A stretch of 33,769 bases of DNA. It comes from a virus (lineage: Duplodnaviria > Caudoviricetes). A program made the position numbers and the translations under genes. The notes beneath the pieces were generated by a model that did not search any database, was not told the DNA's origin, and saw only the letters and a program-made list of their open reading frames with translations. Shown here piece after piece: positions 15,676-24,762 of the stretch. The DNA is taken from IMG/VR virus record IMGVR_UViG_3300005512_000167, positions 1 to 33,769 of that record, one strand, 5' to 3'. Position 1 is the stretch's first letter. Every line of letters starts with the position of its first letter.

Positions 15676-16064
15676 TGGACTACGATAACACAAACCGGGG
15701 GGCTGTGTTCCCCCCAATGGAGCAGCAACGCTTGCTATTGACAGGCAGTATGGACTTCGATGGTCAAGGCAAGAAGTCTCTTGCACTTGTCACAGATACA
15801 GACAAACAAGGACGCGATGTCTTTGTTGTGTATCAGCGTGTCGGTGTACTGTACATGAATGAAGATGCGACAGACGCCAACAAACAGCCAGCATACTCTG
15901 GCCCAATGGATGGCGATATGCGCCTAGCAGCATGGAGATCAGAATCAGAGAAGGGTACAAAGTATCTGTCACTCAAGCGCGAAGCAAAGCAGGGCGGCTC
16001 ACCACAAGCAGCCGCACCTAGCCCAGCTGCCAGCCAAGATCTGGACGACACTATTCCTTTCTAA
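15675..16064 (+). CDS. SSB-like protein (DUF736-like)
   Basis: GTG start with AAGGAGG RBS; KQPAYSG...RLAAW...KYLSL; acidic tail LDDTIPF. Confidence 0.75.
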   Translation: MDYDNTNRGAVFPPMEQQRLLLTGSMDFDGQGKKSLALVTDTDKQGRDVFVVYQRVGVLYMNEDATDANKQPAYSGPMDGDMRLAAWRSESEKGTKYLSLKREAKQGGSPQAAAPSPAASQDLDDTIPF

Positions 16065-16084
16065 AAACACTTTCAATTAATATC

Positions 16085-16116
16085 AGGGAAGGGTAGGCTA
16101 ACTGCCCTTCCCTTTT
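16085..16116 (+). terminator. Rho-independent terminator
   Basis: AGGGAAGGGTAG...CTGCCCTTCCCT-TTT. Confidence 0.75.
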
Positions 16117-16118
16117 CT

Positions 16119-16358
16119 ATGGAGGTATCTATGGGGCTTACACGATTCAAAACAAGAGATGAAGATCTGTCTGACAAGGGCAGAATGCTGCGCAACTTTC
16201 ATGAAAGCTACCAGAAAGAACAGGCACTAAAGAACCAAGCCAAATGGTCTGATATGTTTGAGCCTGATGCATTTGCTGATGATGTAGTTGATGAAGATCA
16301 TCAACGATACTATCCAAAAGCAACAACAGTACACACAGGGTGGCAAAGCTATGAATAA
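16119..16358 (+). CDS. Hypothetical protein
   Basis: GGAGGT RBS favours ATG 16131. Confidence 0.6.
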   Translation: MEVSMGLTRFKTRDEDLSDKGRMLRNFHESYQKEQALKNQAKWSDMFEPDAFADDVVDEDHQRYYPKATTVHTGWQSYE

Positions 16359-16668
16359 GAAACAGTTCCTCGATGAAGTGCAAGAGATAGTCGTCAACCG
16401 TGGAGACAACTACGGCAGCGCATCATACAACTTACAGAACATTGCCAACCTATGGTCAGAATACAAAGGCACAGGGTTCAGCGTACAAGATGTAGGCATC
16501 ATGATGATGCTGCTAAAGATAGCAAGGATGAAGACTGACAGATCAGCCGACAGCTGGCTAGATATAGCTGGCTACTCTGCCATTACTTACGAAGCGATCT
16601 GCGATATTGAAGGTAGTCTGCACCATCATGAGGGTCAGCAAAACATTGTACCCATGAAACAGGACTAA
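16351..16668 (+). CDS. DUF6378-like protein
   Basis: RGDNYG...NLQNIANLWS.Y...MMMLLKIAR...DSWLDIAGY. Confidence 0.75.
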   Translation: MNKKQFLDEVQEIVVNRGDNYGSASYNLQNIANLWSEYKGTGFSVQDVGIMMMLLKIARMKTDRSADSWLDIAGYSAITYEAICDIEGSLHHHEGQQNIVPMKQD

Positions 16669-17614
16669 TGTTATGAGGGTCAATGACCTGAAGTATTGCT
16701 TGCCCAAACTTCTGCTGTTCAAAACCTTTGGTAAACGCATAGGTGTCGTGGTATTTGTATCCTCTGGCACGAGCAAGCCAAGTTGTGGTTTCCTCTTCCA
16801 CCAGTTCGATCTGACCCAACGCCCAGTTGTGCTTATGTCCACTGATATACAACGAAGCATTACTCTTGAATCGCGCCATTTTATTCTGAGCATGAAGAGC
16901 ATTCCATTGGGAGTGGCCCGGCATGTCGTGCGCGGCATGGATGCGACAGTTTCTGCCGTTAGGGAACTGCAACTCAACGCGAGCTTCCCAATCCTCGAAG
17001 ATAGCATGAGGGCTGGCAAGCCATTTAAGGGGATCACTAGCACCAGACCACATATCATGATTGCCGCCAATGAGAATGAGAGGGTTCATCTCTTGAATTA
17101 ACCACTCAACCAAACGCCATGCTGTTTTATGAGATGTGTCTTGTTCGCCGTACAAGCGTCCTAGACGGCCTACCCAGTTATTCTGGTAGTCACCTAGGTT
17201 ACAACCGAACATGCCCGGTGTAGACTGAATTAAAGCCAGGTGCGAGCGTAATGAATCCCAATCGCAATAGTTATCATCGATGTGAGGGTCGCCCATCCAC
17301 AGCAAGCCAATGGGTTCATCCGATTTCATCTTAATCGGTATCCATTTCTTTGCCTCTTTGTTGGCTTTACGCTTCTTGAATCTGCCATGCAGCTGATCAA
17401 CTATCTGATCAACTGGTATGTCATCATGCGGCAGCGGAGTTAGTTCGTATGCCGGATGATCAATAGGCTTGTTTTCTTCAAGCTGGTTAGCTTTACTGTA
17501 ACGGTTATGAAGAGTATTTAAAGGAATACCGCTAGCTTCACTAGCGGCTTTAAATGTCCCATGCTCTTCATAAAGTTTAACTGCTTCTCGTATTTGTGTA
17601 TCACAAAGCGTCAT
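16583..17614 (-). CDS. Calcineurin-like metallophosphoesterase with N-terminal HTH
   Basis: GDPHID, LGD, GNHD, AHD and GHKH metal motifs; N-terminal FKAASEASGIPLNTLHNR. Confidence 0.85.
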   Translation of the reverse strand: MTLCDTQIREAVKLYEEHGTFKAASEASGIPLNTLHNRYSKANQLEENKPIDHPAYELTPLPHDDIPVDQIVDQLHGRFKKRKANKEAKKWIPIKMKSDEPIGLLWMGDPHIDDNYCDWDSLRSHLALIQSTPGMFGCNLGDYQNNWVGRLGRLYGEQDTSHKTAWRLVEWLIQEMNPLILIGGNHDMWSGASDPLKWLASPHAIFEDWEARVELQFPNGRNCRIHAAHDMPGHSQWNALHAQNKMARFKSNASLYISGHKHNWALGQIELVEEETTTWLARARGYKYHDTYAFTKGFEQQKFGQAILQVIDPHNISPVSWVQCFADPHDGADYLQYRRSLRK

Positions 17615-18017
17615 TGCATTCCAACATCAGCTGTTTCAGTTCATCACCGCGAGACTTGATTTGCTGAAACCACAAAGAATCTTCCATCTCTGCCGCTGCC
17701 TGATCGTAATCACGATCTTCCAAAGCTGCAATCATTTTTTTAAAGCGTGAGAATCTAGGCCATCCAAGGTTAAACACCATCGATGCTAAGACAAGTTGTG
17801 CAGGGTGTGGTAGGTCACGCCACCAATCCATTCTGTCATCAAGCTCATTAACCGCGATTGATACATCATCTGATAATATCTGCAACGCAGCTGCTTCAGA
17901 GATTGGTTCGTTAAGGTTGTGACCGTATCCAATAGTAGGCACTCCAACTGTATCAGTATACATTGTAAGCACCTTCCCCTCATGACGAGCAATCAGGGAA
18001 GTAAGTTCATCTATCAT
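17601..18017 (-). CDS. Endolysin, T4-type lysozyme (GH24)
   Basis: RHEG...YTDTVGVPTIGYGHNL catalytic E/D/T, MVFNLG, AAAEMEDSLW. Confidence 0.9.
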   Translation of the reverse strand: MIDELTSLIARHEGKVLTMYTDTVGVPTIGYGHNLNEPISEAAALQILSDDVSIAVNELDDRMDWWRDLPHPAQLVLASMVFNLGWPRFSRFKKMIAALEDRDYDQAAAEMEDSLWFQQIKSRGDELKQLMLECNDAL

Positions 18018-18358
18018 TTCTTAAACATCTTTGTCAGCTGTTGAACACCAAAAGATGCTGCAAATACAACACCGACAGCAGTCTTATAGAAATCTGGCAT
18101 ACTGTCAAGTGCTGCAAAACCACGCTGAACTATGTCTTCATGTCCTGTGAAGGCGAGGATGAGGGGGATACTGACAAGGATTGTGAGCCACTCATCTTTC
18201 CATGATGAGGAGCTTGCAGCAGCCATAGTCTGGTTCCATTCCATTTCACCAGCCGCCACCTTTTTGGCAACTTCCGTCTTTGCCTTTTGTGTCTCAATCT
18301 TAGATTCAACCCACGAACCAGCAATACCAGCCACCGCATTTACTATTGGAAGGATCAT
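18014..18358 (-). CDS. Holin (3TM-type)
   Basis: SSWKDEWLTILVSIPLILAF...AVGVVFAASFG; adjacent to endolysin. Confidence 0.7.
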   Translation of the reverse strand: MILPIVNAVAGIAGSWVESKIETQKAKTEVAKKVAAGEMEWNQTMAAASSSSWKDEWLTILVSIPLILAFTGHEDIVQRGFAALDSMPDFYKTAVGVVFAASFGVQQLTKMFKK

Positions 18359-18558
18359 AACTGTGTGCCTTTTAATATTTTACACTTATAAGACCGGGGC
18401 ATAATATCGCCCTTATGCATACTAGCTATATCATTACCCATCTCATACGCACGACTAACGCACTGTTCCCTGTCTTTATATGGGCCTCTTGTGTCGTGAT
18501 ATTCCCAGCACTCTGTTGGCATAGTTACCATACATGCTAGGACTATCGCCTTAAACAT
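18355..18558 (-). CDS. Small Cys-containing protein with hydrophobic N-terminus
   Basis: MFKAIVLACMVTMPTEC..., 4 Cys; sits in the lysis cassette. Confidence 0.6.
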   Translation of the reverse strand: MFKAIVLACMVTMPTECWEYHDTRGPYKDREQCVSRAYEMGNDIASMHKGDIMPRSYKCKILKGTQL

Positions 18559-18718
18559 CTTTGCCAAGTAGCTTTTGAACGGTCTTGGTTTCCCATATCC
18601 GTATCAAAACCCACACACCAGTAACCAAAGCCACCGCATCGGGTGCCATCTCAAGCCAAGCAGCTACTGTGCCTGTGCCAGCCGCAACGTCAACGATGAC
18701 TTTGTTTTCCTCGTTCAT
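18551..18718 (-). CDS. Small holin-like membrane protein, not in ORF track
   Basis: MNEENKVIVDVAAGTGTVAAWLEMAPDAVALVTGVWVLIRIWETKTVQKLLGKDV* (55 aa). Confidence 0.65.
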   Translation of the reverse strand: MNEENKVIVDVAAGTGTVAAWLEMAPDAVALVTGVWVLIRIWETKTVQKLLGKDV

Positions 18719-18894
18719 CAGTCAGCATCCTGTATGGTCAGAGTGCCAGCAGCTACCTGTCGCATGATTTCTGCGTAGTGGCGATTGGCAGAGTCAAGTG
18801 GGATGCTTATTGGTCTGCCATCACAATCACAAGCAATCGCATCCTTTTCATTCGTGTAAACGTCTTTGACATATCGTGCGTTTTCAATGTGCAT
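18718..18894 (-). CDS. Tail-fibre-associated small protein/chaperone
   Basis: IPLDSANRHYAEI...LTIQDAD; GGAG RBS before ATG 18894. Confidence 0.65.
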   Translation of the reverse strand: MHIENARYVKDVYTNEKDAIACDCDGRPISIPLDSANRHYAEIMRQVAAGTLTIQDAD

Positions 18895-18895
18895 T

Positions 18896-19933
18896 TTATA
18901 ACTCCGCGTCTGCTGCTGCCCAAGCACCCGAAACTACGCGCACAAGATTAGCGTCGTTTGCCGTAAGGGATGATGTCGTTGGTCTGACGGCGACTGAATG
19001 GGCTTTTTGAGTGGATACTGCGATTGAAGTCGAAGCGTCTGCACCAGAAGCCCCACCAAGAACCTCAAGGGCTGCACCAGAACTAAAATCTACAGTGGCG
19101 GCAGTCCTTTTCTCTACACGATATATCCATGCAGCTCGCGCTATTGTTGTGCTCTCATTGTAACCTCCGCCAAGCAAGGCATCAGCCTCTTCAACGCGTT
19201 CATAATACCTCTGGCATTTCTGCAAAGTTTTCGCAAAACTTTCGTGTTCAAACGGCGTGGCTGTCTCGCCAGCTTCTAATTTTATATCAGACAAATATAA
19301 AAACTCACCAGCCGATGTGGTTGTTACATCTGACCAGATAAACACAATGATGTTCTTTGCACTTGCTGTATCAACAGAAGCGGTAACAGAATATGTTGCG
19401 TATGAAGTTGTTAGATTCAGATTAGCTGGTGTGTTTTCATAGGTAAAGTTAGTAGCTAATGTAGGGTCTGTACCTTCTGCACCCCAAGCAGAAATCATAT
19501 CAGCCGTTACTGTATCAGCCGTACCATCCCAAGCAATGATAGCCGCTTTAACATTATCCAGATTTGTTGTTGCTGATACTTTGGCTTGAAACGAAAGCGT
19601 GACAGTTTCGCCAATAAGATTAACACAGTTCTTTTGTTCTATGATTTGTGCAATGCCAAACTTTTTGTTAGCAGTCTCAACATCTAAAGCAATAGCATAC
19701 TGCCTGTTTGTAGGCACAGTAGTTGTCTCTTGTGTTACATCAACTACATCATTGCCATCAGAAAACAATTTCCAGCGGTCAAGCGTATAGTCTGTGTCAT
19801 CGTTAGACCCAGATGTAAATGAAGTCCCTCTTTGCGCTATAGCAAACTGACCGTTTATGAGGGCATTGGCACCTGTCAGACCACCCGCATCTGCGCTACC
19901 AGCTAAATCTGCAAAGTCTCTTGACCTACTCAT
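18896..19933 (-). CDS. Tail fibre / receptor-binding protein
   Basis: NALINGQFAIAQRGT...LDRW...KLEAGETATPFEH...LQKCQRYY fibre pattern. Confidence 0.8.
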   Translation of the reverse strand: MSRSRDFADLAGSADAGGLTGANALINGQFAIAQRGTSFTSGSNDDTDYTLDRWKLFSDGNDVVDVTQETTTVPTNRQYAIALDVETANKKFGIAQIIEQKNCVNLIGETVTLSFQAKVSATTNLDNVKAAIIAWDGTADTVTADMISAWGAEGTDPTLATNFTYENTPANLNLTTSYATYSVTASVDTASAKNIIVFIWSDVTTTSAGEFLYLSDIKLEAGETATPFEHESFAKTLQKCQRYYERVEEADALLGGGYNESTTIARAAWIYRVEKRTAATVDFSSGAALEVLGGASGADASTSIAVSTQKAHSVAVRPTTSSLTANDANLVRVVSGAWAAADAEL

Positions 19934-19935
19934 AT

Positions 19936-20484
19936 CTACACCTCATCAGGCCAATTATTGATTGGCGCATTTCCAGTTGGGTTTCCATCCGCATCCACTG
20001 GCACATCCCATAATGCCACAAATGCAGTAATATCACTAGCCGCATCTATTGCCGCTTCAATGCTGTTGCTGGCTGTGCGTACAGACGCACGATATGTTGT
20101 GATTGCTGAAGGTACAGTGTAGCCAGACACCTCTGCCGCTTTGATAACTTGCCAGTCAGTAGGCGCAAGCAGTGATGCCGCTGTTGCCTTTGTCTGTGCC
20201 TTGTACTGCGACTTGAGGCCAAGCGTTACAATCTGATTGCCATTAGCATCAAGCAATGCGTTACCATCTTCATCAACCTCATTCACATCATCCAATGCTT
20301 TAGGCAAGTCAGCCGCCCAATAGAAACGGCTATCGAATGGTGCAGGGTCATCTTGCCACACAAGGCCCATAGTCACCTTGTACTCATCTGACCACCGCAT
20401 CCACGTTGCGGGGTGGGTGATGTTGTTGTCATCTTGCCAGCTTCTGCCAGCGCGGATGATTTTACCATTGTATTTGTATGCCAT
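19936..20484 (-). CDS. Tail fibre assembly chaperone-like protein
   Basis: LLAPTDWQVIK...YRASVR...WP motif. Confidence 0.7.
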   Translation of the reverse strand: MAYKYNGKIIRAGRSWQDDNNITHPATWMRWSDEYKVTMGLVWQDDPAPFDSRFYWAADLPKALDDVNEVDEDGNALLDANGNQIVTLGLKSQYKAQTKATAASLLAPTDWQVIKAAEVSGYTVPSAITTYRASVRTASNSIEAAIDAASDITAFVALWDVPVDADGNPTGNAPINNWPDEV

Positions 20485-20494
20485 TGGTTATCTC

Positions 20495-22939
20495 CTATCT
20501 GGCGTTGGCGTATTTGAATGGTGCTTCAGCAAAGGCAAGGTAGATATATTTTGTACCACTTTGATTTAATTGACTGTTTGTTCTTCTTGCCTTAAACCCA
20601 TTTGATAAAAAATCTATGGCTATAGCATCTCCACCTGTATCATCAGCATTAGCTAGATTTGCGTATAAAGCTAATAAAACTTCATTGTCTGGGTCTCTTT
20701 TATTATCTCTGATTGACCAATGATTAGCTGTTGTGTCTACAGTTTTGTGCATAACCCAAGCAGGACGAAAACCTGTGTAGACAAACGTGCCATCTGTGGA
20801 ACCGTTGCCTACATATGAGCCGCATTTTGAGTGACCATCAATTCCTCTAAACGCATAAAACACATATGAATCACCACTAAAATTCACAAGTTCGTGTGAA
20901 CCAATAGTAAACACACTGCTGGTAAACGTGCCGTTGTTCCAAGCTGTGTTTCCTGTAGCTACTGTGGCGGTGCTGTTCAAAAGCAAGTAAGCATTTGTCG
21001 GCGTTGCTGACTGGTCTTTGTGATATACAGCCCAATCTCTTGCGTTGCTTCTACGCTTCACAATAACCATTTCTGGTGTTGCACCAAGCGAATGGCCTAT
21101 GGTCGCCCCCGCTGTGGCATTTCCTGTATAGGTTCCCACTGCAAAACCCGCATCAGTATTCGCCGATACGCTTGACGTAATACTACCATCGGTGTTGCTT
21201 ACGGCTGTGCCGCCAGCTTTCCAGTTCCAAGCGACGTGGGCATCTGTATAATAATTGTAGCTACGATTTGTTGCATCTGCGCCAAGAGTAAATCCATCCG
21301 CATCAAAACTTGTTAAAGCATCTGTTTGCGCTGACTCTACGGCAGTTGAGGCTGGGCGTAATTGTGCATTAACACCACGAACACTGTCCGTTACTGACGG
21401 TTCTTGTATTCCACTTCTGCGCTTAACCCACGTCCAATCAGGCTGAAACCCAACTCCTGTAATGCTTTGCGTTGCACCTGTGCCAGTATACAGCACCGTA
21501 TTAAAGTGTTCGTCACTCGTTGTGTCGCTGTTCGGGCCGATGGCTGGCTCTGGTAGGTTGGCTGAATTTAACGACAAGAAACCGGACGGTACTGCGTACT
21601 TGAAATCACCGTAGCCGTTGCCATCTGCATTACCGCCAGCGGTTGTATTTCCAGCAAACGTGCTATCCTGACCAAAGTTGGCAACGCCTGTGCAAACAAT
21701 GCTAGAAGCTCCATCAATAAACCATCCAGAAACTGTTGCACCTGACATAAATGAAGAATAACTGACCGCAGTGCCATAAGAAGAACCGTTCAAGTAAAAC
21801 TGGACAGTTTCTGCATCAGCATCTAAAGAAATGCCTAAAACACTTCCACTGCTACTCCAAGTCGTCAAGCCACTTTGAACAATAGAACCATCTGCATAGA
21901 TATTCCCCTGCGGTGTTGCTGTTATGTAATCGCTTCCAATCCCGCCATATATATCTGCTCTGACTATTCCAATAAAATGGTAGACTTGAGTGTCTAATGT
22001 TCTGTACTCCCAGTACCACTTACCTGAGTTTACCGCAAAGGTAGCCCTTGTGTTTGGCGTAGAAGATGTACTAACTGTTGCAACTTTTAAATTGCCTTCC
22101 GATAATGTGCCAGTGTTTTGGTCTAACGGGTTAAGAACTGGGAAGTTGTTGGTAGGTGAGTCACTGACGACATCGCTTGCGGCTAAGTTGTTGGCAGTCC
22201 AGTCATTGGTGTTGCCTGATAGGTCATCGCCTATTGCCGCGCTGTCTGCGAATGACAGGTAGAAACCGTTAGTGCCATAGCTACCGCTGTATGCTTTCGG
22301 CACCCAGATGCCGTTGATGGTTTCGCCAAAGCTGGTTGGGTCTAGGGCTTGACCGTCAATGAAGTTTACTTCGGCCATATAGCCGTCAAAAAAGTTTGTA
22401 ACTTGGTTGTGTTGGGTATTGCCAATAAAATGTTGATTTGTATTGTTTACAAACCAATCTGTATTTTGTGCTGGATATCCATTAGTATTTGACACAGAAA
22501 CCACTTCACCATTGATGTAAAGTTTTATTCTATCTGCGGCTGTTGCTTGGGTTGTATCAAACTTAACGGTCAACATATACCAAGCAGATGGGTCTCTAAA
22601 TCTTGCTAAAGAAACATCTTGATAATATGTGCCGCCACTTAATCTGGGGTCTAATATCCACCCCAATCTAGCATCTGTTGATGGCGTAATTAAATAAACA
22701 TCAAATCTATTGTTATAAACGCCAGTCCCTGCGCCAAAAAAGTTTATAGTTGTGCCGCTTACTGTTAACTTAAACCAACAATTAAATGTCCAAGTCTTGC
22801 GATTGCCAGCAGACGCTGGTGTGCGGCTTAGATACGCACTATCGTTATCATTAAACCGCAGAGACTGGTCAATGCTGTAGGGGTAAAAGCCGGATGGCGT
22901 AGAATACATCCATTGTGAGGAACCTACTGGTGTAGACAT
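20495..22939 (-). CDS. LamG/ConA + SPRY-domain tail fibre protein
   Basis: SLRFND..YLSRTP, FRDPSAWY, FIDGQALDP, GKWYWE, GFQPDWTWVK, YTGFRPAWV. Confidence 0.85.
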   Translation of the reverse strand: MSTPVGSSQWMYSTPSGFYPYSIDQSLRFNDNDSAYLSRTPASAGNRKTWTFNCWFKLTVSGTTINFFGAGTGVYNNRFDVYLITPSTDARLGWILDPRLSGGTYYQDVSLARFRDPSAWYMLTVKFDTTQATAADRIKLYINGEVVSVSNTNGYPAQNTDWFVNNTNQHFIGNTQHNQVTNFFDGYMAEVNFIDGQALDPTSFGETINGIWVPKAYSGSYGTNGFYLSFADSAAIGDDLSGNTNDWTANNLAASDVVSDSPTNNFPVLNPLDQNTGTLSEGNLKVATVSTSSTPNTRATFAVNSGKWYWEYRTLDTQVYHFIGIVRADIYGGIGSDYITATPQGNIYADGSIVQSGLTTWSSSGSVLGISLDADAETVQFYLNGSSYGTAVSYSSFMSGATVSGWFIDGASSIVCTGVANFGQDSTFAGNTTAGGNADGNGYGDFKYAVPSGFLSLNSANLPEPAIGPNSDTTSDEHFNTVLYTGTGATQSITGVGFQPDWTWVKRRSGIQEPSVTDSVRGVNAQLRPASTAVESAQTDALTSFDADGFTLGADATNRSYNYYTDAHVAWNWKAGGTAVSNTDGSITSSVSANTDAGFAVGTYTGNATAGATIGHSLGATPEMVIVKRRSNARDWAVYHKDQSATPTNAYLLLNSTATVATGNTAWNNGTFTSSVFTIGSHELVNFSGDSYVFYAFRGIDGHSKCGSYVGNGSTDGTFVYTGFRPAWVMHKTVDTTANHWSIRDNKRDPDNEVLLALYANLANADDTGGDAIAIDFLSNGFKARRTNSQLNQSGTKYIYLAFAEAPFKYANAR

Positions 22940-22947
22940 GCAACCCC

Positions 22948-23601
22948 CTAGCCAAACGCCAGTTGAGGCGTACCAAGTAGAATGGAATCTGTACCCTTAA
23001 CAACGTAAGGCACAATGTCATACGCATCAGCCGCAGTTGATAAAGTCAATCCAGCAGAACCAGCAGTCTCATAGTCAGTGTCAAGAGATACCGTATAGCC
23101 GCCTGTGCTATCCTGTATGAAGATGATAAAACCTGACTGACCAATAGTCTCAGTGGTTGGATTAGCCAATGTCGCATTGCCTGTCAGCGTCAGGACAAAG
23201 TTCTGATAGCTAGAAAAGTCCAGTGTAGTGCTACCGCTTACAGACGCATTGGTATTAACAGCACCCTGCACAGCCGCACCAAACACAACCGCACCGCTAA
23301 ACGTACCGCCAGTTGCCGGAATAGCGTCAGCAACATTAAACAGGCCATACACCGTAACCTCGCAAATATCGCCACTGGCAAGCGCGGCAAGGCCAGCTAT
23401 GGTATTAGCCGTGTTAGTGTTGTAGTCCGTGCCAGCGACCAGCAGAACGCCATTAAGGTGTACTGTAAGATTAACGCCAGACGTAAAGGCCAGTGATAGG
23501 CCGTTATCATCTGTTCCAGAGATGCTTGTCTCGCCACCAGTTGCAGTGTAGGTGAAGCGAGTAATGTTCGCAAAGTCTGCACTAGGGCCGATATAAGGCA
23601 T
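22948..23601 (-). CDS. Tail fibre component
   Basis: YTATGGET...VHLNGVLL..DY and FVLTLTGNATLANP domains. Confidence 0.7.
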   Translation of the reverse strand: MPYIGPSADFANITRFTYTATGGETSISGTDDNGLSLAFTSGVNLTVHLNGVLLVAGTDYNTNTANTIAGLAALASGDICEVTVYGLFNVADAIPATGGTFSGAVVFGAAVQGAVNTNASVSGSTTLDFSSYQNFVLTLTGNATLANPTTETIGQSGFIIFIQDSTGGYTVSLDTDYETAGSAGLTLSTAADAYDIVPYVVKGTDSILLGTPQLAFG

Positions 23602-23951
23602 CAGGTGATCTCCATAATACTCAATGTCGCATCAATCTTGCCAGACACATCGCAGTCAATGTCGATAACATCTGTTGTTTGCAAGATGTATTTGTTGCCA
23701 GCCATCAACTCAAGTGATGAACCAGCCAAGATTGGAACGTCCTTAACCACATTTACTGTCTCGTTAGTTTCTGTATCAACAGTGTTAGATACAATCCGAA
23801 CAGTAGCTGTGACAGATGCCGTATGTACGTTGGTTAGCGTCAGGCCAATGATAACCGTAGTTGTCGCAGCCGGAACTGTATAAAGTGTCTCAGGCGTACC
23901 AGAACTAACTGGCATAGCCCCATTTGATTTAAGTTTGAAGGTATTAGCCAT
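23601..23951 (-). CDS. Small tail/fibre connector protein
   Basis: MANTFK...LYTVPAATTTVIIG...SIMEIT beta-rich family pattern. Confidence 0.7.
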   Translation of the reverse strand: MANTFKLKSNGAMPVSSGTPETLYTVPAATTTVIIGLTLTNVHTASVTATVRIVSNTVDTETNETVNVVKDVPILAGSSLELMAGNKYILQTTDVIDIDCDVSGKIDATLSIMEIT

Positions 23952-23955
23952 TTAA

Positions 23956-24729
23956 TTATCCTAGTGCTATTGCCAATGCTGTTGCGGTATTAGCCGCTAC
24001 AGATTCAATCAATGTTGTCTGAATAGTAGCGACATCAATGAATAGAGTGTAATAAGATGAATTAGTATTCGTGCTTAATGGCAGTGTGCCAGACGATGTG
24101 TGAACAGCACTGATCCGATACACGTTGTTGTTTGTTGTATCAGTAACAGTATCACCGATGTTATAATCAACACCAGCTGCCCAAGCACCTTTGTAGTCAC
24201 CAGCATTTGTTGTAACGATTGGTGTGCCAGTTGCATCAAATGATAAGAACTTGCCAGAACGCTCAGATGCAGATGGCAACACAAGTGACAAAGCACCTGA
24301 TGTATCATAATCTGTCAAACGAATAGTACGGCCTACAGCGTCATCAAGGTCAGCTGCAATAGCCATAAACTTATCAAGCTCTGTGTTAAGAGAAGCTACA
24401 TCAAATGGGCCAGATGTTGGGAAGTCAGTTACACGCTCAAGCTCAACATCGCGTGTTATAACAACTGTACTACCGCCAGATACGCCTGTAACTTCATTGC
24501 CTAATGTAAAGTGAATATAACCAGTCGTGCCTGATGTATGAGCAATTGTATTGCCAGAATCATCAGCTGTTGTGTATTTAGTTGTTAATGTTTGAAGAGT
24601 TTCATCAACATATACGTTAAGGTCTTCATCTTCGAAAAACTCAAATGGCACAACAAACGCAGACTGTGTAACGCCTTGCGCCACAGTGTACGATATACGA
24701 GGGTTGTTATCACTTAAATTAATAGTCAT
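23956..24729 (-). CDS. Tail fibre adaptor with T7 gp17-like N-terminal domain
   Basis: FVVPFEFF..DLNVYVD...VVITR..LERVTDF...LNTELDK. Confidence 0.8.
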   Translation of the reverse strand: MTINLSDNNPRISYTVAQGVTQSAFVVPFEFFEDEDLNVYVDETLQTLTTKYTTADDSGNTIAHTSGTTGYIHFTLGNEVTGVSGGSTVVITRDVELERVTDFPTSGPFDVASLNTELDKFMAIAADLDDAVGRTIRLTDYDTSGALSLVLPSASERSGKFLSFDATGTPIVTTNAGDYKGAWAAGVDYNIGDTVTDTTNNNVYRISAVHTSSGTLPLSTNTNSSYYTLFIDVATIQTTLIESVAANTATALAIALG

Positions 24730-24762
24730 GCTAATCCCCTATCATAGCAACAATGCAGTACA

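Noticed and set aside
15697-15715. G6-N7-C6 hairpin in the SSB-like gene
   Set aside because: Inside coding sequence (RGAVFPP) and lacks a U tract; may be incidental.
16673-17101. 142-aa + strand ORF, and similar antisense ORFs across the structural genes
   Set aside because: Shadows of well-supported opposite-strand genes, with no motifs or RBS.
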